From: Tubiluchus corallicola
Taxonomy: Eukaryota > Animalia > Priapulida
Direction: 5' to 3'
Assembly (NCBI GenBank): GCA_030141605.1
Contig: JAQGDQ010000144.1
Location: 434,001 to 498,000, forward strand
Length of the DNA: 64,000 nucleotides
Position 1 is the stretch's first letter; the number at the start of each line of letters is the position of its first letter. A program made the position numbers and the translations under genes. This document shows, piece after piece, positions 1 to 12,506 of this stretch. The notes under the pieces were generated by a model, which saw only the letters and a program-made list of their open reading frames with translations, was not told the DNA's origin and did no database searches.

Positions 1-92
1 CTTTTACCATACTTCAATTTTGAAACTGCCTCTGCGACATTTCATTAGTAGTTATATAAAACATATAATTGCGGGACTAATTTTTCTTGCAG

Positions 93-3000
93 GCAATTAA
101 CTTTGAAAAAAAGCAACTATTTTATCAATGGAACACTGCAGTGTTGGGCATGAAGCGAAGGAATGAAGCGTATTTTGCATTACAAGAAGCATTAAGGTAT
201 CCATTCTGATGTTTTATATATATGTGAATGTTAATAAACCAAAAACCTTTTTTACTTACTTATATATGTGGAAGCAAATTGTTTGTTTCAGTCAGCAAAA
301 ACAGCACAGCAGAAATTTGGAAATAGAAATCGAAGGTTATAAGAAATCTATAGTCAAAGCAGAGGAAGAGAATGAAAGACTTGTCTATCACATAAACAAG
401 GTAACAGAAACATATTATGGTCTACCTCCATATCAAAATGTTTCACTATCATGCTGGACTACTAGCAAAGCAAAGCAAGATAAGCAATTAGAGAATTGTT
501 TGATTTAGTTACAGATGGTGTGACTCCAATTATGTGACGTTTGCATACAAGCTTATCTAAGCATATTAGCTTCAAAATTTTACGACAGCTCTATTTCCAT
601 AACGATAATCTTTATTTTTGCAGTTTTGAACATTCAAATTTTTCCTCAATCTTTTAAGTGTTCCAGTACATATTAGTAATCACAAAGTTCTAGTATAAAA
701 GACCAGTTTCAGAACATTTAGTTATCATTTAAAAATTGAATCCCACATTCCATGTTATGTCAAAATTAAGGTTTTAATTGATTTAAATTTCAGACAGACA
801 CAGACATTGCACAGTTGAAGAAATCCATAATAAGTACTCAATCAAAACATGAAGCTCTGCAGGTAGAGTTTACCACGTTCTCACGAATACTTCAGGAAAC
901 TGAGCAAGCACTGGTACACGCAAGTGCGGTAAGTTCATGTGCATTTTATCAAGTTGAAAAATTATGTGTTATTGTCCTTGAGCAAGGCAACACTTTAAAA
1001 CCGTAATCAGATACGAAATTATTACTATTGTTAGTACAAATGAAACATTGCATATGCCCATTACTTACAATGTGAACGACAAAACATACCAAGGAAATTA
1101 ATATTGAAAAAGTTTATTAAAAACTACCCACTGTCAAATTGACACATGCTTTTGATGTTTAATAAAATTTTTGTTGACTTAGTATCTCAATTATCGATCT
1201 ACAATGTTCAACCATCAATTCAATTTATAAATAATGAATAAAATAATTACACAGAGTACAATAAGTCCTCGCTTAACGACCCCCATTTAGCGACGCTGAA
1301 CATTTGACACCTTTTTCTCACTTAACAGCGCATGTTTCATTTTAACAACGATTTCTTTTTACTTTGCTCACGGCCATTCTTATTTTATCAACAACATTTT
1401 TTCCTAATTTGAAGCATTAAAACAGTACATATTGTGTTATTCTGTTCTAAAAATGCATTAGTGACCTAAACAGTGCAATTGTTATAATGCTTTTACTTCT
1501 TGACTGACTAGGTACTCAGTTTTAGCGGCTCTAGCCGTTTTTATCAAGTGAGATCTATTTATATGCCTCCATACACCCCAGTTTGAACTTTATGCCAAGG
1601 AATTTTGTCTGCAACCTAGCTTGTTTGCTTGAACAACCAAATTGTTTCAAGGTCGCTTCATGCAGGCTTCACTTTCACTATGCAGTGTTTAACTGCTAAC
1701 TGTCTTTATACAGGCTTCAACATTAAGAAAAGAGAACAGCTAGCAAGTCTAGCTAGATATTATAAACATATAGGTGGTTTCAAGCAAACAGAAAGAAATT
1801 AATCAGCAGAAATATGAATAAAACCCATAAAATGTTTAATTTGCATGATTTAAGCAGCATTGATTTTTGCTTCTGGAACGTATCTCAATTCGTTTTCGTT
1901 ACTTGGCATGGAAGTCTTAATGACGTTTCGCTTAACATCACGTTTTTCTGGAATGCATTAGTGTCAATAAGCGAGGACTTACTATACTTGTGCTTGTATA
2001 TCATTAGATTGTTAATAAGCAAAGTAACAAACATGGCATAAACTAATGAGCTTAAATGATTATTTTCATTGTAATTTTTCTTTCTCTACTTCCCTTTCTT
2101 TCATGCAGTCCTTGACAATCCTAGCAAAGCTGTGGTGATAAGAAATGCCGATAACTCTGAACACAGCAACAAGGCATACTTGTAATAAGGCTTCAGCTAC
2201 CGTGCTAACGGGAGACATGCCACATGTAAGACATGCCAGCAAGAAACCATCAACACCAATGTAGCTTACAAACTTTCCACTCACCGAATCAGTCACTATA
2301 GTCCGAGCCACTTGTTTAGCACTGAATAATCCAGAAACTTCGGAAATCAACCGTGTTTCTTTTGGTTGGCCAGCTTCTAGCTCTCTCTGAAAGCCTGGAG
2401 TGTCAGTATCTGGGGGACACGACATTGTTACATAAATGTTATATGGTTGAACTTCCATTTGCAATGCTTCAGCAAGGCCACGCAGAGCAAATTTTGATGC
2501 AGAATAACCCGAATATCCATACAAGCCAATTTGTCCCGCCTGTGATGACAGAAAAACAATGCGACCCATTTTATTTTTCTTCATATTGCATACAACAGCT
2601 CTTGTAGCATACACACTACCCAGGTAATTTGCCTCCATCATTTTACGAAAGTCCTCCACTGGAATGTCTTCAAACCTATTGGCTACGGAATATCCAGCTG
2701 AATTTATAAGCATATCCACTGAACGCCCAACGACTTCTTCAGCTTGTCGAAAGGCTTTCTCCACATGCGCATAGTCTTTTGTTACATCTACCGAAACGCA
2801 AGTTACCTTTTGGTTCAGCTTTAAATGTTGCTCAACCTCATTGCGAGCTTCTGCAAGGCGTGTTTGGTTTCTTGCCAGTAGTGTAACAGACGCACCACGC
2901 TTGGCGGCTTCTATGGCGACACATTTACCAATTCCACTTGATCCTCCAGTCACTAAAACATGTGCACCTTCTATTGACATTTTCTTCGGTGCAAATATTG

Positions 3001-4944
3001 GGGACACCAAGTACAGCAGTAGCACAATTACTATCACAAGAACCACAGCAAATAATACTGATACTAAATAAGGTGTTAGCATGAGTACAATAATAAGTGC
3101 TACTGCAAATAGTGGTGATACTAGAAAAAGTAACAGAATGAGTGATATTACCAGCAAAAGTATTAAAATGATCACAGTATTTGTTCCCATTATTAGAGAT
3201 TTCATCTCAAGAATGGCTCTTGTTTAGGAAGTCTTAGATTCTGAAAGAAACAAATCAGAACATTCGAGTTATTGTTATCACAATAATGCACTCTCAATCA
3301 TGTTGCCATACTGATTCTTGCAGATTTTAATGTCCCAAGTAATTAAAATACCACAGGTTAACTGGGAGAAGTTGTCATTTTATGAATCATGGAGTTGCTG
3401 ATGTTGTAATAATTCGCGAATCACGATTAACCCGACTATAGAAATGAATGCAAGATCTTTTCTAAATTCCCCGTGTTAATAGCCAGTTTTTTCCGTCTTC
3501 AGTGAGCTCATTGGTCCCACAACCGTTTTCAATCATTAATGTCTAAGTGATGGATTTATATACATATCTATCTATCTATCTATATATAGATATGTATATA
3601 AATGTATATATATATATATAAAAAAGTTGTACCGTATAAGAGTACGATTAAATGGTATAAGTAAATGTAAATCAAACTGGATGGTTGTGAATAACTTTTA
3701 ACAGTGTGAGTTGGGTAGCCCACTGTAGGTACACTTTACACACTTTACTAATAAGAATTTAAATAATTTACTGTAGTACTAAGTAATTTACTCAAGTAAT
3801 AGGTTTAGCATGCTTAACTAACATGAAGACTTGGCTTATTGTCTTTCCTGATCTTCTTAAATAATTACAGGTTTAAGTAATCCATCCACATTACATCTGC
3901 TAAAAATTGTGAATGTGCATGAAATTCAATTTGATTAACACACACAAACGATACACAAAGTCATAAATTTAATTATAATTGATTGTTAAATTCAGATTTC
4001 TTACCGGTCAGTTACCAACCAGACAGCTTGGTACAGCATGTGTAAACAAACGTAAATAGTAGCTTCCTTGCGCCATCTATTGTCGAACGAACAAAATACT
4101 CCGAAAGATTTTATTGAATCGTTTTCTTATAAGTGACTTGATTGGGATTAGAATTGGTATAAAGAGGTTGAAAATTGTAGGGTGCGAAACTTAAAGGCTT
4201 ATAATATAAGCAGAAGGTATAAATAACTATCTTAAAAATGGAAACTTGAAAAATGTATATAAGAATGTAAAAGTAATGCTATAAGCACTTTTAATATCTT
4301 ATATATATATATATATATATATGTATTGTTGGCATCCTTCTGTCTCGAAAGACAATGGAGTGTGCGCCAAGAGAGTCAGTTATTGATCACATTGATGGAG
4401 CTGCAGCATCGACTGTGGCTGAGCAGTCCGATCCTTGAACCACTGGAATGGCCTTTCCAGGGCGCACGCCTGGGCAAGGTGTATGGAGATCCTGAGTTGC
4501 CCTGACAACATGAACCCTCTCTTCCTCCCTGGTGTAGTCCAAAGGAAAGCGGAGTGATACGCTTGGCACCAGGTTGGCTGCAGGAGCTGCCGGAGTCAGT
4601 GAGCATGCTTCACTGGTCCGCCTTCGAGTCTCCACTCCTGATTTGGAAGGTTTACTCCTCTACGCTTGGCCGTTGGGTCACTTGACCTCCTCCGCCTTCT
4701 AGCCATTGGCTGCCTGTGCAGCTCCCCCGCCTAGTGTCGAGATACAGTGTGGGCATCCCGCAAGCCTACAGCACCTGGTATTCCTATCCTAGGCGGTCAT
4801 CCATCGAAGTACTAACCAGGCTCTATGTTGCTTAACTTCAGTGATCAGACGAGAACCGGTGTTTTCAACGTGATATGGCCCTAGTATGATATGTATATGT
4901 ATATATATACATATATATATACATATATATACATATATATATAC

Positions 4945-4983
<39 letters not shown>

Positions 4984-7900
4984 TAATCTTTATTTGCCAT
5001 TAAAATACATTGATAATCACGTAAAAAACATTTTACAGAGATGATCTATCAGTATTAGTTAATAAAAACTTATACTGCTTAAGGTGAATGCATCAGTGCA
5101 ATCTAAACTACTGTGCAGTAATGACGAATAAAAATAAAACGTATTTTCAATTATTTACAAGAATTAAAAATTATGATTTAATTAATATGGCCGTGGATAT
5201 AGAATGTCTGAATTAATGTGTATGTTGTCGTACTGGTGTGATGGTATTTCATATCTAGTTAATATTGATGATTTTAATTTTGTTTTAAATGCTGATAGGA
5301 ACCTGATTTCACCACATGTCTAGTTATAAAGCTTAAAACTTGAAAACTGCTTGTTTCTAGAAAAAAATATATTTTAATAAAGCTTACTCTGTGCATACAT
5401 GCATCCTATATTATATTACTAAATCGTGAACTAGTAAACAGATCATGCAGATTCAGATGCGGGTGAATTTACTGTATTATTCTGTTATAAAGTTATATAC
5501 CATAGATTTATTTATAAAGTTTTTGTGGCTAAGCAGTGGCGCAGCGCCCGAGGCGAAAAAACTTCTGGCGACCCTTTTAATGTTTTGATCATTTGTTTTG
5601 TTAGTGAAGCCACAAATTGTGCGTGTTTTTTGCGTCTCTGATCCTGACCTTCCTTTTTCGACATGATGTGATCGATATTCTAAGATTCACTCTGAATTTG
5701 ATTTGCGGTACTGCACCAGAGTAATTCTTTTCTATGCAATAGTTGCACTGTAGCACGACGTTCAGCTCGAACAATAAAACGTGAAAAGATTATAAAAGAT
5801 ACCAAACACTACAGGTTTTCACAATAATACAATTGGCATTTAGAGAAATGCCACAGTTTCTCAAAAAATTATAGATCTGCTAAGCCACACGACACCCTGC
5901 ACACACCGTTAGTAATCAATAATAATTTATTGAATATTTAAAATGCATTAACTTTAAAAATCACAAATGCATTTTACATACTTAAAATATTAACGCATAA
6001 ATAGTACATACACAGTAGGCTGTTATAAATAAAACTAAAATCGTAATACATGTATATAAAAATCAGCTGTAATTAAATCCATAAGTCCATATTAAATTTC
6101 AAGTTGTTCCACGTTAAGTAACAACAATAGCCTTCTTTCTAGGCTATATGTAGTAATTAAGTTAGCTACAATGATCTTTGACTGGGCAATGTAGCTTGAA
6201 AACTTTTGTTAATTGTTTTGTTAATGTCGGATCTGTAATTAATATTTAACAGTCACTGAACTCTAGCAGAATTTTGTGCCTCTCGCCATTGCGCCATGTA
6301 GGCGATTGCCCCCTGTGGCCCCCACTTTGCTGCGCCTCTTTAGCTAAGTTGTTTCTTTTTTAATTGCAGGACAAAGCAGCTCAACAGACAACTCTGACCA
6401 TCCTTCAAACGCAGCTGCAAAAAAATAACATAGAGAAAGCCAGACTGGAAGATGAAATTGTGCTAAGACTGCAGAGCAAGCTTAGTGCAAAAAATGCTGC
6501 TTTGTTTTCAGGGAAAGTGGCTAACAGGATGCGTGAGCGTAGAAGTGATTTAGTAAGTATTTGTTGGTAGATAATTCACTATATAAAGGCCTATGTGACC
6601 CCAACAGACAATGAAGTTTTTTTAACACAGTATTATGGCTACACAAAGAATTCATAGTTATTGTAATTATTAAACAAAAGAGATTTATAAATGAAATAAC
6701 TTTCCATTTTTCTAGTGTACATGTATTTCGAACGTGTGCATTGCCATCAAGATGGCTATGTTTCGCATCTTTGGCGTGAGTGAGCGAGAATGATGTACAA
6801 GGCTCAGCAAGCATCGTCTTTGGTTACCAATTGAATATTTGTAATGAACGCAGGATTTTAAGTTGTAAAAAATTAAATCATGCATAGTGAGGATTTAGTT
6901 TGACTTTAATACCGTATGTACTTATGTACAAGTCAAGTTTTTTGGAGGCGATTTTAAGGTGAAATTTTTGGGGTCGACTTATACTTACGATATGTTTTTG
7001 GGAGATGTCACTAAAGAGTCGTCTGAAAGACGAATATGTAAAGAAATAATCCTTCATTATATGCTGGACTGAATGAACAACATACTGTGTTACTTCACAT
7101 CAGAGAATGTTCACGTCTTGACATTACTGCAAGCTGCATTATCATGGATTGCATTGAGGGCCCTCAACATGAATATATATGCATCGGGTAGGTATAGTAT
7201 ACTTGGCCCAGGCACTTGCACGTATCTTACACATTAACACAGTAGGCTATTGATTTATTACTTGGCCATTGTTGACATCATTTACTCTGGAAGATCTTAA
7301 TATTTTATGGTCGACTTGTACACAGGTATTATATAAAATGATGCAATTTTTGGTCTTAAAATGCACATCGACTTGTACATACGTATATACAGTATTTGTA
7401 GTGTAGACTGACCAATTTTATGTAAGCATTGTGTTTATACTTAGTGATATAACTATGCACTTGCAAGCCCTGCAGTTGCAACACGCACGCTTTTTGAATT
7501 CGAAAGATTTATCTTTGGGTTAATTAAAAACGATCGCTCTTTTGAGTTAGAATCCGTATCCATTGGAATTCTCGTGATTGAGTTTGCATTTTAATGTTTT
7601 TGGCTGATTGGTTGATACCATTATTTTCATACTAGGAGTCAAATGTAGCAAAGGAAGAAAATGAGATTACTACAAACATGGTGGAGATGGCTAATGTCAA
7701 CAACAGGATCAAGAATTATCAGAAGGAGTTGAGAGAAATCAACAAGGAAATAGAGGAATTGAACAAAGTCGTAACACGTGGAGAGCGTGAAGTGACACGC
7801 CGTACGGGAATGATTGAACGAAAGCAAGTGTTGATTGATCAGCAGTATAGCAAACTGGACCAATTTCTCAGCCAAACTGGGGTAATGTACTTTTTTAATT

Positions 7901-10900
7901 TTTACTAGCAAAAAAACAGATAAATTGGTTCGCAGACGCTTTTCAGAAAATCATAATGAGATGTTTTCTTAATTTATTCCTATTTAAAAAAAGTGACATA
8001 GGAGATAATTTGTTTTTTCTACACGTCTACTATTTTATAAAGAAAGACGACACAAACTGATTGAGTCAACAACTAGGGTGAAATATTTTTTTCTGTGACC
8101 AGCAGTTGTCACGTTTAACAAGTAATAATATCCTCGCCAATAGATTAAATGGAAAAACTGCTACTTTACTGAGCATATGCTTTAGTGAATAACGGGAAAT
8201 ATTTTAGCATTTCTTATAGAAAGCACTGGAAGAATGGAGTTGCTGCAAGAAGTAAATTCATTGATATTTGTGATTTTGTTTTTGACCAACATTTATTCCC
8301 TACGAGAATCTGCTTTTTGTGCTATGTTATCACAATTTTTTACACTTCTTTTATTTCAGGGAGTGGAATTAGGACCACTGGAGATTCAGATCAACTCACT
8401 GAATAAATCTATAGATGCAGCAGAAAGAGAAACAGAAGATATGCAAAAACAGTGGCTACGTGATCAAACAGAGCTAGTTAAATACATAAAGGAACAAAAC
8501 CAGCAAAGTCAGGAGATTACAGAGTTAACAAAGCGTCTTAACATCCTGGCTCAGAAAAAGCTAAGAATTGAGGGTATGGCGAAGCATGATGCAGGAATCT
8601 GTTATGTTTTACAGAAAATATTTCCCGGTTTTACACTTTGGACACTGCTGTGTGTTTTTCTCGTATAAGTAGTTAGGTGAACCAAGCAAGCATTAGGGCC
8701 TATTTGATTTATCATTAGTTTGAATGTATTATTGAGAAACATACTTTATTTACTACAAACATAGGCAACTAACATGTATATACAGATGCAAATTTTCTAA
8801 TTTGCAGGTGAGATTGAAGAACAAGAGAATGAAGTAAAGGATTACAATAGGAATATGCGAAGTTTACAAAATGACATGGTTAAACTAAACAATTTATTAC
8901 ACAAAGAGAAAGGTTTGCAAACTACACTTGAAGAAGAGAACGTTCTGGTTGCTAATGATTTCGTAAAGGCATTAAAGGTAACAATGAGATGTAATATCAA
9001 GGGCATACCAATTTATTACTATTATTAATTGTTCACCAGTTTTTGTTAACCTCTATACTAATAAGTATTGTGATTCTATTAGGAATTCTTAAGTTTGTCC
9101 AATTTAAACTCTCTGCGTTATATATACAATGTTTTTAAGCATGATAACTGCAGTCAGTCCTCATATGTAATATCAGCTCTCAGATGCCGTTAAATTTGAT
9201 TCATATTAATTATGGAAAGAACCTACAATAAACTGAAATTTTCAAAACAAAACAAAACAGGAAGCGTGTTTAAAGACAGCCTGGATTTGAACCAGGGACC
9301 TTCCGCTAGCTTGGCAGATGCCATTTTCTATAGGCTGCCATGTCCACAGTGATCTTGACAGGTTCCAATTCTAATTTGTTAGTATTACTCTAGCAAGAGA
9401 GCGGTTATGGCTTCTGCCAGGTTAGCGGAAGGACCCTGGTTCAAATAAACAGGCTATGTCCCAATTTTTTCACAATGCCTGTTTTCAAGTAAGTCAGGTT
9501 TAAAAAGTTTCAATAATTATTGTGGGTTTGTTCCACTATTAATTATAATCTTAAAAATTGCGATTACTATAAATAATTACATTATGTGTTGGTTGTTAGG
9601 AAAGTGAGTCATATTTGACCTTGAACCAGGAAAATATTGCAGCATACAAATAGCATGTGAACAGGAGATACTCCTGGAAAATTCAAACATAAAAATTTGA
9701 TTGAAATTAAGACTATTTCCATTTTTTACTTAAATGAGAGCAACTGGCAAATGAGAGGAAGTTTATTGTATCCTTACATACAAATGATAAACAAAAAAAT
9801 CTACACACAGTCTAGGCAGCTCTGCATTGCTAATCTTTTTTTCAATAATGAAAAATTCCTGCATGTACTATTTGAAAATTTTTCTTATTGATTACTCTAC
9901 TCATTGAATGAATGTTACAGGAGCAAGAACTAGCAGCCATTCAAGACAAAAATCAGCTAGAAGCCATCAATGAAGAAAAGAAACAGATTTACAATAGTTT
10001 GATTGAAGCTCAGTAAGTTCACCTGCAATTAACCTGCAAAAAAGTAGTAATCAAATTAATTGAAAGCAAAGGCAATTTCTGCAAGCAACTGACTCATTTT
10101 CATGGACCATTGCCAAAATATTTTTTCGTATGTCGTTTAGCATTCTAAATTCTAAAAGTGAAGTGGACACAAAATCCACTAAAAATAATATTTAATTGAC
10201 TGCATTCCACTTCTCCTGTTCATCCTTATCCTCATTTCAGACGACAGATCATGCTTTGGGAGAAGAAAATACAGATGGCTCGTGAAGCCAAAGCAACTGT
10301 ATCTTCAGAAGACGGTGGTGGTGAAATAAAGGCTATGAAGAAAGAGATCCATCGAATGGAGGCAAGCATCTTGGCATTGCAATATTTACATATTATTCAC
10401 TTATATATTCCTTGAGCTTAATTATGCCTAATGCTAATTAATCTGCTTGCACTTGGACATCGAGGAAAATACGAGCAGTAAGTCTCTGTTAAACAATTGG
10501 TTTGTGATGATCATACTGTTATCACCAATGCTTTGCTGTAGATGTAGTATACACAGTAAAGGATAAAAACTGACACCAGTGAGGCGATTCCTAACAATTT
10601 TTCAAACTCCTGTTCCAGTTATTAGTAGCAGATAATGTTTTTTAGGTTCATTATTCCTCGCTTCTGAGAGAACAAGAGAAACTCATACAAGCCATGGAGA
10701 AATCCGTCTCCGTAAGAGACACGATTGCAACTCGGGGAGAAGCACTAGCCAAGAACAAGTTCACTGTTACAAAGGCAACTTTTGAACAGCAGCTGAGCGA
10801 AATGAGACGAAAAATAAAGGAACAACAAAAGGTAAATGATAAGCAACTTGAGGAACAGCAAAAATTCACAACCATGTGTAGCTGTACTATTATGTCATTC

Positions 10901-12506
10901 TCTGTGATTTCATTTTTTGTGTTACACCTAGCCTAACAAGATCTTGCAAATACAGTGTTCCCTCACTTCCAGGCCCACCCGTGATAAGTGAATTTCTGCG
11001 AAGTAGGGATGCTATACTACATTTAGTTTTTGGTGTGTATTCATCTGCCGAATAAATACACTATTTACTGTAAATGTTAATTTTTATGATTTATAATATT
11101 CTTTTAATGTTAGAATTAATATTTTTAATATATTTTTATACATTTTGTGATTTTTTATGCAAAATTCATCAAATCTATACATTACTGTACAATACGTATT
11201 ATGCATGTGCAAAAATACTTTATAGACGGAGTACCGCAAAAACCCGCGAAACAGCGCAAATACCGCAATAAATATTTTACATTAATATTTTTGAAAACCC
11301 GCGAAACCGTGATAAACGAACCGCGAAGTAGCAAGGGAACATTGTAAACAATAACTACAAAACATTATTCGATGTTTTATTAAGAATGAATGCATTATCA
11401 AGGTTATCACTCTCTTTTCCTTTGAGCGTATTGATAAATTTATATGTTAGCTCCAAGTTCCAACCCTTTTTAGCTGAATTCATTTACATAAAAGTCATTG
11501 CTGATACCAGCTGTTTGCACTATGCTACTGTCCAATGACCAGGCATGGCGGGAGCTGAAAATGGAGGCGGTCATTCCTTCCTATGTTTTCTAAGTAATTG
11601 AAAATGATAACAAAAACTTTTTGAAATGTTTTATTTCTCTCCTTTTGTAATAATTATTTCCAAAACAGGAGAGTGAGAGAAGTGAGCAAGAAATGAAGGA
11701 ATTAGCAAAAAATCAACAAGAAATTGGAGAACAGTTGGACAATGTGCATACTTCTGTGCAACAGATGCAAACCGAGTTAACACGAACAGAGGATAAGATC
11801 GATCAAATGAGCTTTACTAAGCAGAGGGTATGCATGTTTTTCACATATTTCAGAAATAATTTTAAAAGCAGAGCAGTACTAGTTATAGCAAGTAATTGAT
11901 TGGTTGACTGAAGTGGATCGAGCATGATTAATCACTGTATATGCATATTCGTAAGATACATTCTGGTTAAAGTCAATCCAGAGACTCGTTTTGTCAGCTT
12001 GATGTTACTTCAAAGTCTTCATTAATTTTCAGTGAGAATGCCTGTTGTTTGCAACTATGAACAAAAATTCTGCAATAAATGTACTGATTTTTGAATCTTG
12101 AGAAATTAATAACCACCATAATGGTTCTACTTTCAAATAAATATAGAATTACATAAACAGAACATGGTCCAATTAAAATTGCAAAATCTCAAAATCACTA
12201 TATCGTGAGAGCACACATGTGAACATATACATTATTCTCATCTTGCAGTGAAAAAAGATCAATTCTTTCTCACTTGCATTTCAGAACCTCACAGCCATAG
12301 TCAGCAAACAGCAAAAGAGCAAATACTACCAACAAATAAACGAAGGCAAATACAAATTGTTGTGCAAGGATGAAGCTGTAGTGGCAACCGAGTTTCAGCG
12401 GCAAGAGAAACGTTTGGAAGCACTCGATGACATTCTCAGCAACTTATCGCAAGAGTACTCACACGTGGCACCTCATCTAGACAAAGTCAGGGCGCAGTTG
12501 ATCTAA
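93..12506 (+). CDS. CCDC40: Coiled-coil domain-containing protein 40 (axonemal ruler), 3' portion; 5' exons lie left of the window
   Basis: Phase-compatible exons: 93-196, 292-400, 794-928, 6370-6552, 7636-7881, 8360-8573, 8808-8977, 9921-10012, 10241-10361, 10646-10831, 11669-11827, 12285-12506 (TAA). Peptides [52 protein letters not shown] and EIHRME match recalled CCDC40 blocks. Confidence 0.92.
1259..1984. mobile_element. pogo/Tigger-like MITE
   Basis: Inverted termini CAATAAGTCCTCGCTTA / TAAGCGAGGACTTACTA, TA on both sides, no transposase ORF; lies in the probable KDSR 3' UTR. Confidence 0.7.
2066..3205 (-). CDS. KDSR: 3-ketodihydrosphingosine reductase (FVT1/TSC10-type SDR), intronless CDS
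   Basis: 379-aa ORF with [21 protein letters not shown] and the KDSR-type LLLYLVSP anchor; ends KEKLQ (KxKxx ER-retrieval-like). 3' acceptor at 3241 and a GTAAG donor at 4004 imply a 5' UTR intron. Confidence 0.95.
   Translation of the reverse strand: MKSLIMGTNTVIILILLLVISLILLLFLVSPLFAVALIIVLMLTPYLVSVLFAVVLVIVIVLLLYLVSPIFAPKKMSIEGAHVLVTGGSSGIGKCVAIEAAKRGASVTLLARNQTRLAEARNEVEQHLKLNQKVTCVSVDVTKDYAHVEKAFRQAEEVVGRSVDMLINSAGYSVANRFEDIPVEDFRKMMEANYLGSVYATRAVVCNMKKNKMGRIVFLSSQAGQIGLYGYSGYSASKFALRGLAEALQMEVQPYNIYVTMSCPPDTDTPGFQRELEAGQPKETRLISEVSGLFSAKQVARTIVTDSVSGKFVSYIGVDGFLLACLTCGMSPVSTVAEALLQVCLVAVFRVIGISYHHSFARIVKDCMKEREVEKEKLQ
4005..4080 (-). promoter_or_regulatory. Probable non-coding first exon / promoter of KDSR
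   Basis: Minus-strand donor CCG|GTAAGA at 4004 can pair with acceptor TTTCTTTCAG at 3241; YY1-like GCGCCATCT near 4070. TSS unknown. Confidence 0.45.
4321..4886 (-). mobile_element. 5S rRNA-derived SINE (SINE3-type) with GC-rich body and RTE-like 3' tail
   Basis: Minus strand 4886-4762 is a near full-length, mutated 5S rRNA; it runs directly into about 440 nt of GC-rich sequence ending CCATTGTCTTTCGAGACAGAAGGATGCCAACAATACAT; (TA)n-rich tracts on both sides. Confidence 0.8.
4762..4886 (-). pseudogene. 5S rRNA-derived head of the SINE (not a functional 5S gene)
   Basis: GGCCATATCACGTTGAAAACACCGGTTCTCGTCTGATCACTGAAGTTAAGCAAC...GGTTAGTACTT...GAATACCAGGTGCTGTAGGCTT; substitutions, a TAGGA duplication and no oligo-T Pol III terminator. 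Confidence 0.88.
4887..4982. repeat. (TA)n/(TACA) microsatellite
   Basis: Directly visible; similar tracts at about 3558-3620 and 4300-4322. Confidence 0.9.
5534..6340. mobile_element. hAT-like non-autonomous element
   Basis: Termini CAGTGGCGCAGC / GCTGCGCCTCTT; flanking 8-mers TGGCTAAG and TAGCTAAG (7/8 match) resemble a TSD. Confidence 0.6.
6912..7392. mobile_element. Tc1/mariner-pogo-type MITE
   Basis: TA-flanked imperfect TIRs CCGTATGTACTTATGTACAAGTC / GACTTGTACATACGTATATACAG; internal repeats of TCGACTT(A/G)TAC. Confidence 0.7.
9203..9548. repeat. Long palindromic element with tRNA-like B-box arms
   Basis: AGCCTGGATTTGAACCAGGGACCTTCCGCTAGCTTGGCAGATGCCAT pairs with the reverse complement of about 9407-9455; outer arms also pair; partial second copy at about 48556-48653. 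Confidence 0.7.
10953..11344. mobile_element. Tigger/pogo-like MITE
   Basis: TA-flanked TIRs CAGTGTTCCCT / AGGGAACATTG; internal CCGCGAA repeats. Confidence 0.72.

Noticed and set aside
4376-4635. Two short minus-strand ORFs
   Set aside because: Inside the GC-rich SINE body; no recognisable protein.
4762-4886. Functional 5S rRNA gene
   Set aside because: Mutated, has a 5-nt duplication, lacks an oligo-T terminator and is fused to a repeat body.
9270-9460. tRNA genes
   Set aside because: Only a B-box/T-arm resemblance; I could not fold a complete cloverleaf.
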